From positions 60,724 through 124,723 of the forward strand of contig NZ_JBDWJN010000012.1 of the NCBI RefSeq assembly GCF_039974175.1: DNA of 64,000 nt. Direction: 5' to 3'. The notes beneath the pieces are model-generated. The model saw nothing but the letters and a program-made list of their open reading frames with translations. It ran no database searches and was not told where the DNA came from. This stretch comes from Maribacter sp. (lineage in GTDB: Bacteria > Bacteroidota > Bacteroidia > Flavobacteriales > Flavobacteriaceae). Each line of letters opens with the position of its first letter. Positions within the stretch are counted from its first letter, which is position 1. A program made the position numbers and the translations under genes. Shown in pieces: positions 1 to 10,618 of the stretch.

Positions 1-1
1 G

Positions 2-427
2 CGAGCCATGGGATTTGCAGCTTCTACAGATGCAAACACACCTTGCGCCCAGGTAGCTGAGGTTTCAATCGAGGGTAATGAAATTAGAGTGCATAAAGTA
101 ACGCTTGCAATGGATCCGGGAATTTCCGTAAATCCAGATCAAGTAAAAGCCCAATGTGAAGGATGCGTTATTATGGGCATGAGTGCCGCTATGTTTGAAC
201 AAATGCATGTTAGTGATGGCGAACTCAGCCCAACCATCTACGGCCCCTATAACATGGCTTTAATGAAGCATGCTCCTAAAGAAATCGATGTGGTTTTACT
301 ACAGGGTACGGATAAACCAGGAGCGGTAGGTGAGCCTCCTTTAGGACCAATCGGAGCAGCAGTGGCGAATGCTGTTTTTAGACTTACAGGAAAACGATTG
401 CAAAATATGCCATTACAACTTAGCTAA
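2..427 (+). CDS. Molybdopterin-binding oxidoreductase large subunit (aldehyde oxidase/xanthine dehydrogenase family, IorB-like), C-terminal fragment; 5' end lies outside the window
   Basis: Frame is open to the window edge; C-terminal block GAVGEPPLGPIGAAVANAVFRLTGKRL is typical of this family. Confidence 0.75.
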   Translation, partial: RAMGFAASTDANTPCAQVAEVSIEGNEIRVHKVTLAMDPGISVNPDQVKAQCEGCVIMGMSAAMFEQMHVSDGELSPTIYGPYNMALMKHAPKEIDVVLLQGTDKPGAVGEPPLGPIGAAVANAVFRLTGKRLQNMPLQLS

Positions 428-441
428 AAATACAATCCTAT

Positions 442-1485
442 ATGAGCAAACAGTTTGGCGGAAAGGTGACCAAAGCCTTGGAAAATAGTTATGGTCGATC
501 CGAACATTGGGATGGTAAGAAATTCCTAAACATAGAGGAAACTAGCATGAACATTAGCCCCAGTAAGATTCCAAAACTCTTTTACAAACAGTTTTTCGAA
601 AAATCAGGTAGAGCTCCCAAAAAAAAACTCCCTATCCTTCCTTTTGAACAAGATGCCTTTCTTAGTCCTTCCGAAAGAACAAAAATTATTTGGTACGGGC
701 ACTCCGTTGCTTTACTGCGCATAGCTGGCAAGACCATATTAATAGACCCCATGCTCGGGCCAAATGCTGCGCCGATTTCTCCTTTTCCAATCCGCCGGTT
801 TTCCGAAAACACCTTGAATTTGATCAACAGCTTTCCTGAAATTGATCTGGTTCTAATGACGCATGACCACTACGATCATTTAGATCTGGCAAGCATAGCA
901 ATGCTAAAGCCCAAAGTGAAGCAATATTTCGTGGCGCTAGGAACTTCTAGACACTTAGAATCATGGGGTATTTCTAAAGACATCATTCAAGAATTTGACT
1001 GGTGGAATACGGCAAACTTTGAAGACATTGAAATTACCTTCACCCCTACCAGACATTTTTCGGGAAGGGGTTTAACCGATCGGGCAAAATGCCTATGGGG
1101 TGGTTGGGTCTTGAAATACCAAACAGAAAATATATATTTCAGCGGCGATAGCGGCTATGGCCAACACTTCAAGGAAGTTGGATCAAAATTGGGTCCATTT
1201 GATTTAGGCCTTATGGAATGTGGACAATACAACGAAAATTGGCATCAAATACATATGTTTCCTGAAGAAGCGGTACAAGCCGCTCGCGATGCCAAGGCGC
1301 AAACGATTATGCCTGTGCATTGGGCCGGTTTTGCACTTGCGCAGCACCCTTGGAAAGACCCCTTTGAACGATTCATCAAGGCCTGCGCTGATGCGCAACA
1401 AGCGTTTATCGTGCCGAGACTAGGCGAATTGGTCAACTTGAATATACTTACAGATTCAACGGAATATTGGAAGGCATTGGAATAA
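442..1485 (+). CDS. MBL-fold metallo-hydrolase (NAPE-PLD-like)
   Basis: HxHxDH metal motif (MTHDHYDHLD); 347-aa ORF 14 nt after the upstream gene. Confidence 0.85.
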   Translation: MSKQFGGKVTKALENSYGRSEHWDGKKFLNIEETSMNISPSKIPKLFYKQFFEKSGRAPKKKLPILPFEQDAFLSPSERTKIIWYGHSVALLRIAGKTILIDPMLGPNAAPISPFPIRRFSENTLNLINSFPEIDLVLMTHDHYDHLDLASIAMLKPKVKQYFVALGTSRHLESWGISKDIIQEFDWWNTANFEDIEITFTPTRHFSGRGLTDRAKCLWGGWVLKYQTENIYFSGDSGYGQHFKEVGSKLGPFDLGLMECGQYNENWHQIHMFPEEAVQAARDAKAQTIMPVHWAGFALAQHPWKDPFERFIKACADAQQAFIVPRLGELVNLNILTDSTEYWKALE

Positions 1486-1495
1486 ACCCGATTCA

Positions 1496-1900
1496 TTATT
1501 CCAAATCAGGCTTGGTACGATTGGCTTTTTTCAGTGCCGCCTTTTTCTTGTGCATCAACCTTTTTTCAACCGATGCCTTAGATGGTTTCGTTGCCTTTCT
1601 CTTTTTTGGAACTTTTAAGGCAGCTGCTATTAGTTCTAAAAAACGCTTGATAACAAGTGCTTTGTTTTTATGTTGGCTACGACTTTCATCGCCTTGAAGA
1701 TGCAAAATATTTTCTTTGGTAAGGCGATGCCCCAATTTCAATACAATGCGTTCCTTTTCAGTATCAGAAAGCGCATCGGACGCATTCAGGTCAAAAGACA
1801 ATTCGATTTTGGTAGCAACCTTATTGACATGTTGGCCACCTGCTCCACTACTTCGTACTGCTTTAAATTTGAGTTCCTGAATGATTTTCGATCTATCCAT
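1496..1900 (-). CDS. arfB: Alternative ribosome-rescue factor / peptidyl-tRNA hydrolase ArfB
   Basis: 134 aa with GGQ motif (SSGAGGQHVNKV) and a lysine-rich C-terminal tail. Confidence 0.9.
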   Translation of the reverse strand: MDRSKIIQELKFKAVRSSGAGGQHVNKVATKIELSFDLNASDALSDTEKERIVLKLGHRLTKENILHLQGDESRSQHKNKALVIKRFLELIAAALKVPKKRKATKPSKASVEKRLMHKKKAALKKANRTKPDLE

Positions 1901-1902
1901 GC

Positions 1903-2880
1903 CTAGGAGTTACCCATTCGTTGGTTGATGGTTTCTATCGAGATATTTAGAAAAACTTCCTTCCCATCTTCCAAAGCTTCGTTGTGGTTAAAATATACAT
2001 CCTTCCCTTCATAGGTGCCCACAATTAAATATTGCCCTCCCATATAGTAAGACCCCTTAACAGTGGCAGGGAGACCCGACTTGGCAGACACCTTGAATTC
2101 ATGGGCATAAACAATGATCTGGCGTTTGGTATCGGCATAAGATTTTACAATATTGATAGGGATTTTATTGGCTTCCCCAAAAAGAGACGCAACGTAAAGG
2201 TCTTTTGGGTTTCGATATAAATTTTCAGGACTGTCTTTGGCTATAATTCGCTTGTCACGCAGTACTATAACACGATCTGCAAATGGAAGCATGTCATTAT
2301 GGTCATGTGTTGCTGTCAAAACTGTAATATGCTGTTTTCTCAGATATGCGAAAAGATTTCTTCGCATGCTATTCTTTCTAAAGTTGTCAATATGACTAAA
2401 AGGCTCATCAAGCAATAGCAAGCGGGGTTCTTGTGCCAAGACTCTTGCCAAGGCCACGCGCTGCTGCTGCCCACCACTTAAAAAACGCACCTTGGTTTGC
2501 GCGAGATCTGTCATTTCAATCATCGCTAACAACTCATTGGTTCGCTCCTCTAGAAGTTCGGGTTCAAGAACAGAAAGGTATTGGCTTACATTTTCATAAA
2601 CCGTGGTATACGGCATGAGGTCAAAGTCTTGCGAAAGGTATTTCATGTAAGGCTCCCCTGGAACAAGATTATATAACGGCCCTAAAACTTGCGAGTCGTT
2701 CCAATACACTTCTCCAGTTTTTATTTGAAGTAGCCCATAAATTATTTTGAGAAGGGTGCTTTTTCCACAGCCACTCTCCCCGATTACACAAACGTGTTCT
2801 CCTTGATTTACCTTTAGATTGATATCTTCCAAAACGAGGGTCTCGTCATATGCAAAAGAAACATGATCTACTTGAAGCAT
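1903..2880 (-). CDS. ABC transporter ATP-binding protein (no adjacent permease)
   Basis: Walker A GESGCGKST, signature LSGGQQQRVALAR, Walker B LLLLDEP; extra C-terminal domain. Confidence 0.9.
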   Translation of the reverse strand: MLQVDHVSFAYDETLVLEDINLKVNQGEHVCVIGESGCGKSTLLKIIYGLLQIKTGEVYWNDSQVLGPLYNLVPGEPYMKYLSQDFDLMPYTTVYENVSQYLSVLEPELLEERTNELLAMIEMTDLAQTKVRFLSGGQQQRVALARVLAQEPRLLLLDEPFSHIDNFRKNSMRRNLFAYLRKQHITVLTATHDHNDMLPFADRVIVLRDKRIIAKDSPENLYRNPKDLYVASLFGEANKIPINIVKSYADTKRQIIVYAHEFKVSAKSGLPATVKGSYYMGGQYLIVGTYEGKDVYFNHNEALEDGKEVFLNISIETINQRMGNS

Positions 2881-3017
2881 GATATAGGCAGAAATTTGAT
2901 TGAATGTACTCTTTATTCGTTACGGAAATAAAGGTATTCTCTTAAGCAAGAGTCGGGGCCATACATTTAAAAGTACGGCTCTATCAAAGAAACGGACTTT
3001 AACATTAAATATTGAAG

Positions 3018-5174
3018 TTACTCTTTAAATTCTTTTAAAACTGCTTGGTTAGGTAACTCCTTAAACCCCATGTTGTGCAGTGTAAACCCAAAAATATCAG
3101 CATATTGTTCAATGGTTTTGCTCACAGGAGTACCTGCTCCATGCCCGGCGTTGGTTTCGATGCGGATCAAAGTGGGGTTTTTTCCCTCTTGTTTTTCCTG
3201 CAATTCGGCCGCGAATTTAAAACTATGCGCAGGTACAACGCGATCATCGTGGTCTCCTGTTGTTATCAAGGTTGCTGGGTATGCTACCCCTGCTTTCACA
3301 TTGTGAACCGGAGAATATCCTTTTAAATAGTCAAACATTTCCTTGCTATCTTCTGAAGTGCCGTAATCGTAGGCCCATCCGGCGCCCGCAGTAAATGTAT
3401 GATATCGCAACATGTCAAGCACCCCCACGGCCGGCAACGCCACTTTCATCAAATCTGGGCGTTGTGTCATAGTGGCTCCAACAAGCAAGCCACCATTACT
3501 ACCTCCACGTATCGCCAAATAATCAGAAGAAGTATACTTGTTTGCAATTAAATACTCGCCTGCCGCTATAAAATCGTCGAATACATTTTGCTTTTGCATC
3601 TTGGTGCCTGCATCATGCCATTTTTTGCCGTACTCTCCCCCTCCGCGAATGTTAGGTACTGCATAAATACCGCCTTGCTCCATCCAAATCGAATTTACAA
3701 TGCTGAACGACGGGGTGATACTGATATTAAAACCCCCATATGCATACAGAATTGTTGGATTCTTTCCATTCAATTCAATGCCCTTTTTGTGCGTGATCAT
3801 CATTGGAATTTTAGTACCATCTTTAGACTCATAGAAAATCTGGTTACTCTCATATTCTTCGGGATTAAAGTCAATTTCGGGTTTCCAATAGGATTGGTAT
3901 TCGCCTGTTTCTACATTGTATTTATAGGATGAACCAGGAATAATATAGTTCGTAAAATAGAAGTAAAACTCCTTGTCTTCCTTTTTACCTCCAAAGCCAG
4001 AAGCGCTTCCCAAGCCGGGAAGCTTTACCTCTCGAATCAACTTTCCATTATAATCGTATTGCAATATTTTAGAAAGCGCATCGACCATATATTCAGCAAA
4101 AAAGTATCCGCCGCCTGTATTTGGCGTAAGCACGTTTTCCGTTTCAGCAATAAAATCGACCCAATGCTCAGGGGCAGGGTTTTCAGCATCAACGGTAACT
4201 ATTTTAGTGTTAGGGGCATTTCTATCTGTGACGATGAACAGTTTTGAGCCCACATTTTCAATGATCGTATTATCAGATTCAGTGTCTTCTACAACCGGAA
4301 TCAGAAGGGCGTTAGGGTCTTTTAAATTTTGAATGAAAAGTTTATTCCCCGAGGTAGAAGTAGCCGCTGAAAGTACCAAATAGTTTTGATCTTCGGTTAC
4401 ACTAGCACCGATATAACGGTGTTTTTCATCAGGCCTGCCCCCAAAAACAAGTTCATCTTGATCTTGTGAGGTTCCAAGTTTATGAAAATACACCTTGTGT
4501 TGGTCGGTCTTGGCCGAAAGTTCACTCCCTTTGGGTTTGTCATAGCTTGAGTAATAAAACCCCTCATTTCCCCTCCAAGAAAGTCCGCTGAACTTGATAT
4601 CAACAAGGGTGTCTCCTTTAATTTCTTTGGTCTCTGTATCAATTACAATGGCCTTTCGCCAGTCGCTTCCTCCTTCAGAAATGAGATAGGCTGCCATAGT
4701 ACCATCTTTGGTAAAACTCAAGCCCGCTAACGAGGTCGTTCCGTCTTCTGAAAAGGTGTTTGGGTCTAAAAAGACCTCCGCTTCACCTTCGCCCTTTTTC
4801 CGGTAAACTACATATTGGTTTTGGAGTCCATCATTCTTATAGAAATAAGTGTAGTTGCCTTCTTCAAAAGGAGCCGTAATCTTTTCATAATTCCACAGTT
4901 TTTCCAATCGATTTTTGAGGTCATTTCGAAACGGAATTTGCTCTAAGTACCCGAAGGTTGTTCTGTTTTGGGTTTTTACCCATGCCTCGGTTTCAGGGCT
5001 GCGATCGTCCTCTAACCAGCGGTAAGGGTCTTTGACTTCAGTTCCGAAATACGTGTCAATGGTGTCGGCTTTGGCGGTAGTAGGATAATTCACGGCAATA
5101 GGTTCTTTTTTGGTTTGTGTTTGACAGGCGAACAGGAAAAGGGCAAGTGGCGATAAAAGGGCTATTTTCTTCAT
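3018..5174 (-). CDS. Prolyl oligopeptidase (S9A family), exported
   Basis: Catalytic GGSNGGLL block and C-terminal D/H region; start moved to [17 protein letters not shown] signal/lipobox (ATG at 5174) instead of ORF-track 5252. Confidence 0.9.
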   Translation of the reverse strand: MKKIALLSPLALFLFACQTQTKKEPIAVNYPTTAKADTIDTYFGTEVKDPYRWLEDDRSPETEAWVKTQNRTTFGYLEQIPFRNDLKNRLEKLWNYEKITAPFEEGNYTYFYKNDGLQNQYVVYRKKGEGEAEVFLDPNTFSEDGTTSLAGLSFTKDGTMAAYLISEGGSDWRKAIVIDTETKEIKGDTLVDIKFSGLSWRGNEGFYYSSYDKPKGSELSAKTDQHKVYFHKLGTSQDQDELVFGGRPDEKHRYIGASVTEDQNYLVLSAATSTSGNKLFIQNLKDPNALLIPVVEDTESDNTIIENVGSKLFIVTDRNAPNTKIVTVDAENPAPEHWVDFIAETENVLTPNTGGGYFFAEYMVDALSKILQYDYNGKLIREVKLPGLGSASGFGGKKEDKEFYFYFTNYIIPGSSYKYNVETGEYQSYWKPEIDFNPEEYESNQIFYESKDGTKIPMMITHKKGIELNGKNPTILYAYGGFNISITPSFSIVNSIWMEQGGIYAVPNIRGGGEYGKKWHDAGTKMQKQNVFDDFIAAGEYLIANKYTSSDYLAIRGGSNGGLLVGATMTQRPDLMKVALPAVGVLDMLRYHTFTAGAGWAYDYGTSEDSKEMFDYLKGYSPVHNVKAGVAYPATLITTGDHDDRVVPAHSFKFAAELQEKQEGKNPTLIRIETNAGHGAGTPVSKTIEQYADIFGFTLHNMGFKELPNQAVLKEFKE

Positions 5175-5269
5175 TACGAATTCATATTGATACACTCTAA
5201 AAATACCATAAAAAAACCTTTGACAACCAACTTGTGCCAAAGGTTTTAACATTCTTTAACGCATTCTAG

Positions 5270-5572
5270 TTAAGATGCGAAAACTTCGTAATGCTGTACG
5301 TTTTCTGAAAATTCTAGTAGAAAGTCGACATCCTCCGGATAATACTTTGCCTTTTCCATATCATCTCCTGCGAACTGCTTTATGACCTCTAAACTCTCCC
5401 AATAGGTAATCAAGGTGAAATGACCTTCTTTATCATTTGGTTGTCTTAGGAAACTAAGATTCACGAAGCCTGGTGTCTTTTGATAATCTGGAATTGCCCT
5501 GGCTTTTAAGAATGCAGTGTAGGCCTCCATATGCTCGATTTTAGTTCTTCCCTTCCAAATTCTGGCTATCAT
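5270..5572 (-). CDS. ABM (antibiotic biosynthesis monooxygenase-like) domain protein
   Basis: 100-aa ORF with the size and pattern of dimeric alpha+beta barrel proteins; function call is weak. Confidence 0.55.
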   Translation of the reverse strand: MIARIWKGRTKIEHMEAYTAFLKARAIPDYQKTPGFVNLSFLRQPNDKEGHFTLITYWESLEVIKQFAGDDMEKAKYYPEDVDFLLEFSENVQHYEVFAS

Positions 5573-5639
5573 AATATGACGTTTACCGTTGCTATACCCG
5601 AATGCCTAAACAAGCAACCTATGACTCCCTACTACGGTT

Positions 5640-6629
5640 TTATACCAGTGCGTTTTCAACCAAATATTCGGCAATCTGCACCGCATTGGTAGCTGCGCCT
5701 TTACGCAAATTATCAGATACAACCCACATGTTCAAGGTATTGCGCTGGGTTTCATCTCTGCGAATGCGCCCTACAAAAACCTCATCCTTGTCATGTGCGT
5801 AAATTGGCATTGGATAAGTATTCGTATCTGGATTGTCTTGAACCGTTACCCCGGTGGTCTCGTTTAGAATTCGACGAACCTCATTAAGTTCAAAATCAGT
5901 ATGAAATTCAACATTTACCGATTCTGAATGCCCCCCAGCCGTTGGAATGCGTACTGCGGTTGCGCTTACTGAAAAGGTTCTGTCATCTAGTATTTTTTGG
6001 GGCTCGCGAGCTAATTTCATCTCTTCTTTGGTATACCCGTTTTCTAAAAACACATCACAGTGTGGCAAGGCGTTTCTACTAATAGGATAAGGATAGGCCA
6101 TCTCTCCTTGAATACCCGCCATCTCATTTTCAAGCTGTTTTACCGCTTTGACACCTGTTCCAGATACTGATTGATATGTTGAAATGACTACACGTTTCAT
6201 TTGATACTTTTTATGCAGCGGAGCCAGGGCCATCACCAATTGAATCGTAGAGCAATTGGGGTTAGCAATAATTTTATCATCGGCAGTCAATAGGTCTGCG
6301 TTAATCTCAGGAACCACCAGCTTTTTAGAGGGATCCATTCGCCAGGCCGATGAATTGTCAATCACAGTAGTACCCACCTCAGCAAACTTTGGTGCCCATT
6401 CTAGGGAGGTATCACCTCCTGCTGAAAATATGGCAATGTCTGCCTGTGATCTTACCGCTTCTGAAAGACCAATGATGGTATGTTCGACTCCTTGATACGA
6501 TAACTTTTTACCAATAGAACGTTCAGATGCTACCAATAGCAACTCTGTAATCGGAAAATTACGTTCCGCCAATACTTTCAACATAACTTCGCCAACCATT
6601 CCGGTGGCACCTACAACGGCTACTTTCAC
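5640..6629 (-). CDS. asd: Aspartate-semialdehyde dehydrogenase
   Basis: N-terminal VAVVGATGMVG Rossmann motif and active-site NPNCSTIQ block. Confidence 0.92.
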   Translation of the reverse strand: MKVAVVGATGMVGEVMLKVLAERNFPITELLLVASERSIGKKLSYQGVEHTIIGLSEAVRSQADIAIFSAGGDTSLEWAPKFAEVGTTVIDNSSAWRMDPSKKLVVPEINADLLTADDKIIANPNCSTIQLVMALAPLHKKYQMKRVVISTYQSVSGTGVKAVKQLENEMAGIQGEMAYPYPISRNALPHCDVFLENGYTKEEMKLAREPQKILDDRTFSVSATAVRIPTAGGHSESVNVEFHTDFELNEVRRILNETTGVTVQDNPDTNTYPMPIYAHDKDEVFVGRIRRDETQRNTLNMWVVSDNLRKGAATNAVQIAEYLVENALV

Positions 6630-6754
6630 TTTTGTATGCGTTTAGAATTCGAGAGGTCAAAGGTAGCCAATGTCTTGAACTGTACAAGCACCAACATCAA
6701 GAATAATTAAAATATAACAAAATGTTATACATATCACAATAAATACTCTTAAAG

Positions 6755-6836
6755 GTCATCCTGAGTGCCTGCCTGACATGGTCGTTCAGGTATGCGAAGA
6801 GGTTGAAAGTTATAGGCTTATTGCGCTGAGGATGAC
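6755..6836. repeat. REP-like structured element: GTCATCCTGAG ... CTGAGGATGAC inverted repeat with an inner hairpin
   Basis: 11-bp arms (one central mismatch) at 6755-6765 and 6826-6836; inner CCTGA/TCAGG stem at 6772-6790. Confidence 0.45.
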
Positions 6837-6843
6837 ATTTGGG

Positions 6844-6888
6844 TATAAAAAACCGCCAAACTCTTTAATAATAAGGAGATTGACGGTT
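6844..6888 (-). terminator. Probable Rho-independent terminator of mscL
   Basis: Stem AACCGCCAA (6851-6859) / TTGACGGTT (6880-6888), 8 of 9 bp, followed on the minus strand by a TTTTAT run; long 20-nt loop. Confidence 0.45.
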
Positions 6889-6943
6889 AAAGGTTGGTTA
6901 GTATAGGGTGGTTATCCTAAAACAATTAGGACAAATATTCCTA

Positions 6944-7345
6944 TTACTTTCTTAATGAATCGCGAATTTCGGTAAGCAATTCTTCTGCAGTAGGTCCTGA
7001 CGGCGCAGCCTCTGGCTCAGGTGCTTTTGTTTTGTTATAGGCCTTAACAATTATGAACATTACAAATCCTACAATTAACAAATTAACAATAGTATTTACC
7101 CATGCGCCCCATCGAATAGCATTTTCAGCCACATAACCATCTGCGCCTTCTACTCCTTGGGCTTCGGTAAGTACAACCTTTAAATTCGCAAAGTCTACTC
7201 CTCCTGCAAAATGACCTACCACAGGCATAATAATATCGGCAACAAAACCATTAATAACAAGACCTATAGCTCCTGCCATAATAACCGCCACGGCAAAGTC
7301 AATGACGTTGCCTGTCATAATAAAATTCTTAAATTCCTTTAACAT
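6944..7345 (-). CDS. mscL: Large-conductance mechanosensitive channel
   Basis: MLKEFKNFIMTGNVIDFAVAVIMAGA N-terminus typical of MscL; 133 aa, two TM segments. Confidence 0.9.
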   Translation of the reverse strand: MLKEFKNFIMTGNVIDFAVAVIMAGAIGLVINGFVADIIMPVVGHFAGGVDFANLKVVLTEAQGVEGADGYVAENAIRWGAWVNTIVNLLIVGFVMFIIVKAYNKTKAPEPEAAPSGPTAEELLTEIRDSLRK

Positions 7346-7444
7346 GATAAATAGTGTTTTAGTTGGTAAATTGTACTATTTGCAAATCAATGCAATGCAA
7401 TGTAAGAAAAAAAAACATTCCTAACGAAATGTTAAATAATAAAT

Positions 7445-8554
7445 TTATAGCTCTGTGTATACGCGTTTTACGCGTTGTGAAATACCTGTCAAGAGTTCGT
7501 AGGAGATTGTATTTGTGGTAGCTGCAAATTCTTCAGCGGTGGGATTTTCGCCGAAAACAACAACCTCATCACCTTCTTTACAATCAATATTTGTAATATC
7601 GATCATGATCATATCCATACAAACATTACCTATAAGAGGAGCCTTTTGTCCATTGACACTGACAAAAGTTTTGCCGTTGCCGTATTGCCTACCAATACCA
7701 TCAGCGTGCCCTATAGGCAGCGTAGCGGTTATTTGGTAGCCGTTTGAAACAAATGCCCTATTATACCCCACGGTTTCACCGGGTTCGATTTTGTGAATTT
7801 GCGAGATGATGGTTTTCAAAGTTGCAACGGGTTTGAGTTCGGCATCAATATGAGGGTTATTACCAAATCCGTAGAGACCAATTCCACTGCGCACCATGTC
7901 GAACTGCGCTTCTGCATAATTGATTATTCCAGAGGTATTTAAAAGGTGTTTGAAAGCGCTATGAGCTATCTTCTCATCAAATTCGCGAGCTATTTTCTTG
8001 AAATTATCGATTTGGGATTGTGTAAATGATTTTTCGTTCAAATCTTCCGAAGCGGCCAAATGTGAGAATAGTGAAGTTACCTTAATCTCGTTTCGGCCAT
8101 CAATTTTTTCCTTGATATAGTCTATATCGTTTTCCCAAAACCCTAAGCGATTTAGGCCGGTGTTGAATTTGATATGACAGGGATAATTTACCTGTTCAAG
8201 TTTTTTCGCCACCTTCAGAAACTCCCTTAAAATTTTGGGAGAATACAAGCTGGGTTCCAAACCACGCTCAATAAGTACCTCAAAATTGGTTGCCTGTGGG
8301 TGCAACACTAAAATCGGGGTTTTGATTCCAGCATCACGAAGTTGTACCCCTTCTTTTACATAAGCTACTGCAAAATAATCAATTCCCAATTGCTCTAATT
8401 TCTGGGCGATTTTGACCGCATCGCTGCCATAGGCAAACGCTTTTACCACTCCGAGAAACTTGGTTTCTTCTTTTAGCTTTCCCTTTAAATAGCGGAAGTT
8501 ATGTTCTAAATGGTTAAGGTTGATTTCTAAAACAGTCTCTGCGGCTTTAGGCAT
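7445..8554 (-). CDS. alr: Alanine racemase
   Basis: PLP-lysine block GVVKAFAYG and overall Alr-like layout; start set to ATG at 8554 (8-nt overlap with tdk stop) rather than TTG at 8593. Confidence 0.88.
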   Translation of the reverse strand: MPKAAETVLEINLNHLEHNFRYLKGKLKEETKFLGVVKAFAYGSDAVKIAQKLEQLGIDYFAVAYVKEGVQLRDAGIKTPILVLHPQATNFEVLIERGLEPSLYSPKILREFLKVAKKLEQVNYPCHIKFNTGLNRLGFWENDIDYIKEKIDGRNEIKVTSLFSHLAASEDLNEKSFTQSQIDNFKKIAREFDEKIAHSAFKHLLNTSGIINYAEAQFDMVRSGIGLYGFGNNPHIDAELKPVATLKTIISQIHKIEPGETVGYNRAFVSNGYQITATLPIGHADGIGRQYGNGKTFVSVNGQKAPLIGNVCMDMIMIDITNIDCKEGDEVVVFGENPTAEEFAATTNTISYELLTGISQRVKRVYTEL

Positions 8555-9191
8555 TGGCGTCCTTTTTGGTTGAAGTGATTTCTTCAGAATCAACTTTCAT
8601 TTCTTTCACCTTTTCTTTGAGCATGGCTTTATAAAAAGCTGCTCTGCTTAGGGGCTCGTATTCTTCGGTTTCTCCTAACATCACCAAATCGTCATTGTTC
8701 GATTTTCGAAAACTGTAGCTGGCCAAATTCCCTGTTCTTGTACAAATGGCATGCACCTTCGTAACATATTCAGCGGTTGCCATCAAGGCCGGCATGGGGC
8801 CGAAAGGATTTCCCTTAAAATCCATATCAAGTCCCGCAACCACAACTCGAACTCCTTTGTTAGCCAAATCGTTGCAAACCGTTACAATCTCATCGTCAAA
8901 AAATTGGGCTTCATCTATACCAACCACGTCGCAGGTATCTCCTAAAATTCGAATATTCGCAGCGGCCGGAACCGGTGTGGAACGGATCTCATTCGCATCG
9001 TGTGACACGACCATATCTTCATCGTAACGAACATCGACCATCGGTTTAAAGATTTCAACTTTTTGTTTGGCGAATTGCGCGCGTTTAAGACGACGAATCA
9101 ATTCCTCGGTTTTACCAGAAAACATGGAGCCGCAGATAACTTCTATCCAGCCGAATTGTTCTTTGTGATTAACGGTATTTTCGAGAAACAT
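8547..9191 (-). CDS. tdk: Thymidine kinase
   Basis: P-loop GSMFSGKTEELI, VIGIDEAQFF block and C-terminal zinc-ribbon-like region. Confidence 0.92.
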   Translation of the reverse strand: MFLENTVNHKEQFGWIEVICGSMFSGKTEELIRRLKRAQFAKQKVEIFKPMVDVRYDEDMVVSHDANEIRSTPVPAAANIRILGDTCDVVGIDEAQFFDDEIVTVCNDLANKGVRVVVAGLDMDFKGNPFGPMPALMATAEYVTKVHAICTRTGNLASYSFRKSNNDDLVMLGETEEYEPLSRAAFYKAMLKEKVKEMKVDSEEITSTKKDANA

Positions 9192-9444
9192 TTTGTAATT
9201 TTAGTGACTTCGATGCAATCTTAAGGTAAACTTGAAATATCTAGAATTACCTAAAAATTTCAACGAAGTTATGTGCTAAATGAGACATAAAAAAGCAATT
9301 GAACCATTTTAAAACAGTCTCTTAAACTAAAATAGGGTGTTTTTTCGTTCTGTTTATACAGAACTTCAAGATTTCCTAAAGAAAGGCATGGGTTTTGCTA
9401 AATAAATTAAAGGAAAGCATTCCGATTTTTTAAAATAAGGCCAG

Positions 9445-10134
9445 ATGAAACGAAAATTAAAAGAAGAGTTGGTAAAACTATCTACGGATATTATCACCTC
9501 TCGCGATATGAACGAGATAACCGATATGTACGAGGCGGCCAAAACCTTGTATGAGAAGCTGGCGGTCTTAAAGTTTATTGATGAGAAATTGACAGATATA
9601 GAAATAGATGTTTCTAAAAATGTTATTGCAGCCAAGTTTGAAAAAATGGCCAACGCGGTACTAAATGCCAATTCTACAGTACCTGAGAGCAATCCGCATG
9701 AAGAAGATATCGTGATTCCCGGTATGGATACCATAAAAGATATGGTTTCCGAAATGCCGACGGAAGCACCTGTTGATGAGGTTTTGGCAGACTTTTTAGG
9801 GAAACCAGATTTGATGAAAAACGACAAAGAGCTTTTTATGCCAACCAAGGAAGCTGGCCTTAAGAAAGAAACAGCGACCAAGTCACTCAACGACAAATTA
9901 AACAGCAAAGAAATAAAGGTAGATTTGAACAACCGTCTGGCTTTTGTAAAACACCTATTCAACGGAAGTACCGAAGATTACAATCGCGTACTGTCACAAT
10001 TAAGTACAATCGATACTGAAGAACGTTCGATTGCATTTATTGAGAATATGGTGAAGCCCGATTACAATCATTGGGAAGGTAAAGAAGAATACGCCGAACG
10101 ATTAATGGAATTAATCGAACGCAGGTTCAATTAA
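9445..10134 (+). CDS. Hypothetical protein (acidic, helical)
   Basis: 229-aa ORF followed by a clean terminator; preferred over the low-complexity antisense ORF 9366-9962. Confidence 0.6.
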   Translation: MKRKLKEELVKLSTDIITSRDMNEITDMYEAAKTLYEKLAVLKFIDEKLTDIEIDVSKNVIAAKFEKMANAVLNANSTVPESNPHEEDIVIPGMDTIKDMVSEMPTEAPVDEVLADFLGKPDLMKNDKELFMPTKEAGLKKETATKSLNDKLNSKEIKVDLNNRLAFVKHLFNGSTEDYNRVLSQLSTIDTEERSIAFIENMVKPDYNHWEGKEEYAERLMELIERRFN

Positions 10135-10156
10135 AGTAAACCACATAAATTTCAAG

Positions 10157-10188
10157 ACCCTTCTCCGAATAGGACGAAGGGTTTTTTT
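10157..10188 (+). terminator. Rho-independent terminator
   Basis: ACCCTTC (10157-10163) / GAAGGGT (10176-10182) stem followed by a T7 run. Confidence 0.75.
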
Positions 10189-10243
10189 ACGCTCAAATTT
10201 ATTTGCTTTCACTACCTTGGTACTTCACAAAAATAATAGGTGT

Positions 10244-10600
10244 ATGAAAACGCAAAAGATTTTGTATTGGATAGCTACAGCTTTGTTATCTCTTATGTTT
10301 TTAGGTTCGGCTACTATGTATTTTGTCAAGAATGCCGATGTAACCTTAGTTTTCGAGAATTTGGGTTTTCCCACTTGGATAATTTACCCTTTGGCCATTT
10401 GTAAAATTGGTGCCGTTGCCGTGATCTTAAGTAATAAAGGAGGGGCCTTAAAGCAATGGGCTTATGCCGGACTCTTTTTTAATACCACCTTAGCCTTTTT
10501 TGCTCATTATATGGTTGGTGATGGTGAAGAAATAGGGGCGTTGATAGCAATGGTCCTTCTGCTTTCCTCCTACTTTTTAGGTAAAAACGTACGCCCTTAA
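10244..10600 (+). CDS. DoxX-family membrane protein
   Basis: About 118 aa with four hydrophobic segments; start set to ATG 10244 (MKTQKILYWIA). Confidence 0.65.
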   Translation: MKTQKILYWIATALLSLMFLGSATMYFVKNADVTLVFENLGFPTWIIYPLAICKIGAVAVILSNKGGALKQWAYAGLFFNTTLAFFAHYMVGDGEEIGALIAMVLLLSSYFLGKNVRP

Positions 10601-10618
10601 CGAAAGAAATACAGTTTC

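Noticed and set aside
5175-5252. N-terminal extensions offered by the ORF track (also 8555-8593, 10217-10243, 12448-12480, 13979-14020, 16505-16609, 19619-19663, 40835-40921, 49532-49588, 55444-55491, 60159-60206)
   Set aside because: In each case a downstream ATG yields a canonical N-terminus (a signal peptide/lipobox or a family-typical start) and removes an overlap with the neighbouring gene.
9366-9962. 198-aa minus-strand ORF antisense to 9445-10134
   Set aside because: The translation is low-complexity and Ser/Phe/Ile-rich, typical of the antisense frame of an acidic helical protein. The plus-strand ORF has a proper start and a terminator.
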